Assembly (NCBI GenBank): GCA_030295235.1
Contig: AP026150.1
Coordinates: 1 to 64,000 of the forward strand
Direction: 5' to 3'
DNA from: Fistulifera solaris
Taxonomy: Eukaryota
DNA length: 64,000 bases
The notes below the pieces were generated by a model that worked only from the letters and a program-made list of their open reading frames with translations, made no database searches and had not been told where the DNA came from. The position numbers and the translations under genes were made by a program. This document shows, in pieces, positions 61,601 to 64,000 of this stretch. Positions within the stretch are counted from its first letter, which is position 1. Every line of letters begins with the position of its first letter.

Positions 61601-64000
61601 TCTCGATGGGACCAGACCATTCTACACGAAAGAATGTTTTGCTGTCTTCTCGAACAGGACTATCGAAAAGATTATCAGCAATATCGTCAGATCGATGGAC
61701 AATAGCGACTCTACCACTCGCGTCAAACTTCACCATAGTGCTACATGAAGCACTTGTCCAATAGTCCAGACGCTGATTGCAACCGTTGCAGACCCAATTG
61801 GGATCCTGACAAAGAAAATGCTGCTCGGTTGCACAACGGTTTTTCGCCGTATCTCGTGACACCATCTCTCCGCTAAATTCTTCAAAGCTCAGATCCGCTT
61901 TGCCATCCTCCGAACGACAGCACGCAGTGCCACCTATCGGCAGTCGAGGATCCCCGCAGAAATAACGCGCATTCTTCGTTTTCATTAAAGTACCGTCGTT
62001 ATAAAATGCCTGGTGTACACAAGGTGGGCGGGTGTACTCGTAGTACATGCCGGGCTCAACTTCGACCAGACGGGGAAGTTCAATGCTGCATTCCTGGCCA
62101 TCACATGGCAAGTCCTCGTCCAAGAACACGATCGTTGAGTAGTCACAGGATTCCCCGTCTGTACTATTGCAAAGCTTCGAAAGCAACTGTGACGACCGCG
62201 AAAGTACTAGCCTGTTTATGGCATGGTCTCTGTGCCACTTCGGTGGGTCCTCCAAAAGTCGTGGCTCCGGGTTGTTTCCTAGAAATCGATAGGTGGCTCC
62301 TTTGCGCAAAAAGTGCTTCTCAGGAAGATCCGCGCACAGCGGGACATGGTCACCAATATACGTTTGATTTAATCCCATCTGTTGATACAGTGATGGTTAG
62401 CTCTGACAAAGCTCCATCGATTAATGCAAGGACGGAGCGCCAAACTTACTTTAGGGAACGCATCTTTCATTCTGGCCTTTATTCTCATCGGATCAATTTG
62501 ATTTTTAGCGTCGTTATCTTCGATATTCCCTCGTTTTTCCTGGCGACTCAGTCCTGTCCATAAACGCGCCAGTTCAGAGACATCCTCGTTGTTATAAGTC
62601 TTGATTGAATTTCCAGCAGCATCTAGTGCAAGAGAGCCATCAGGATGCAATTGCTCCAACCCTAAACAAAACAACTGCATTATTTCTCGAGAAAAATTCT
62701 CATTGGCATACTCCACACGACGTAGTCTTCTCCACGAAAATGCCGTGGAATGACCGTTATGGTATGATAACATCTCAGCCATCACAGGACTGAAGGAGAC
62801 TTCCTTCAACACATTTCGATAGTTTCCAAATGCATGACGCACGAATATGTCATAATAGTGCTGAGAAATGGAAGAGAAAAAGGTTGTCAGTGGAGGATCT
62901 TTTAAACACCATGAGCATTCATAAGACAGACGACAAGATTTAGTCTGTCATCACGGTAACTTACAACAAAAACTTCGGTCTCGAACCAAATTTCTATTGC
63001 CGAAGGAGATACAACCAAGATTTGAGAAAGAATCCAGGCCACTTTTTGCCGCAACTGGTCTTGAGCGGTGAGTGCGATGTCTAACCATATGCTGCTCCGC
63101 TGCTGCTCAAGATCAAGGGTGGACGTTGTACGATTTCCTGGTGTTACCGCATCAAAAGCTCCGCGAAATAAAGCGCCTTGTTTATCATTGGAAACTTCAT
63201 TCGGACTACCGCAGATCAAACTCGAACCAACGTTATCAGCACCATCATCGCCAAATAGATCTTCAAATGCATCTTGCAACTCGATGGATTCGTGGACTGC
63301 AACGGTATCTCCCAATCTACCTAGTTCAATTACACCCCTTTCGATGCTTTCGTACCAAAGAGACATTTTATGGGTTTCAGGAAAGGACAAGGTAAAGTTT
63401 CTATCCACCGCAAATTGCCGAATTACAGCATCACCACCTGGATGACGTCCCACATATTCCGTGAAATCGTACACCTGATAATTTGACCGGTGCGTCTGCT
63501 CCCAGCACGCTCCATTTTCCGTGCGAATGTACAATAGGTCTGAAGCGTCCTGCTCACAGTGAAAAGCCATCACGGGGACAACAATATCCCGAAGAAAAGC
63601 ATGCGAATCCGTGGAAGACTCTATTAATTGCCGTAGATAAGCTTTGGTTTTGCTTTCTTTTGAATTAGTTTTGTCACACTCCATCGAATCGGCGAGGACC
63701 CATCGAGAATGAGCACCTGGTGAACACGGCGCCGTCTCAGAATCTTCGAGTCGCAACCCTGTCATGGAAAACAACAACCGTTCCTTTCCACTGGCGCGAT
63801 AAGCTTTACCGAAAATAGATCCATCCAAACGAATGCGCTTGCTCGTGGGACGTTCCGACGCACAATCGGTACTACTCATAGACACGCGACAATTCGCTTC
63901 ATTCAGAAAATTCGGCAGTGCTGCAACACACAATGCCCGGTATTGCAGATCGGTCGCATTTCTAGTCAATTGCACAAGATGACTACCACCGTCTTCCAAT
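58681..64000 (-). CDS. DUF1800-DUF1501 fusion protein, copy F (same subfamily as B; 5' part lies beyond the window); introns 62861-62964, 62379-62449, 61082-61166, 60579-60655; one frameshift at ~60678
   Basis: VYDFTEYVGRHPGG, DQLRQKVAWILSQILVVS, NENFSREIMQLFCLG, HPNTASF..SNPSP, YKAVVYLFLDGGFDSYN, LFAHN, GWDHH, SDFGRT, GSDHGWGG, GRGRLIPT. Confidence 0.9.

Noticed and set aside
3357..64000. Bacterial contamination or a prokaryotic operon, given the bacterial-type DUFs
   Set aside because: The genes carry consistent GT-AG introns, are linked to a TTAGGG telomere, and flank a eukaryote-specific CLEC16A-like gene

Overview
This is the left end of a eukaryotic chromosome, with a (CCCTAA)n telomere at 1-802. 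The genome is compact, with short (~60-105 nt) GT-AG introns, and is most likely from a pennate diatom (inference). The window is dominated by six paralogous ~6-kb, intron-containing genes (A-F). A-E have N-terminal signal-like sequences; the 5' end of F lies outside the window. Each gene fuses the two proteins of the bacterial DUF1800 + DUF1501 gene pair into one ~1,800-2,050 aa polypeptide. The DUF1800 part is split by two large insertions. One contains a cytochrome-b5-like motif, V[FY]DFT..HPGG-x20-H, with His-His spacing of 24 residues. It is present in five copies and deleted in-frame from copy D. Interleaved are a five-member family of small secreted Cys-rich repeat proteins (3 intact, 2 decayed), a secreted Pro/Thr-rich protein with RRL and KxxK motifs, and an acidic Cys-rich gene fragment. 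Several unrelated products share a C-terminal RHLR motif. Two housekeeping genes are present: farnesyl diphosphate synthase next to the telomere and a CLEC16A/TT9-like FPL-domain gene. Many single-base frameshifts sit in homopolymers and become denser toward the telomere, so most are probably sequencing errors. Domain calls come from motif recognition by eye, not database searches.
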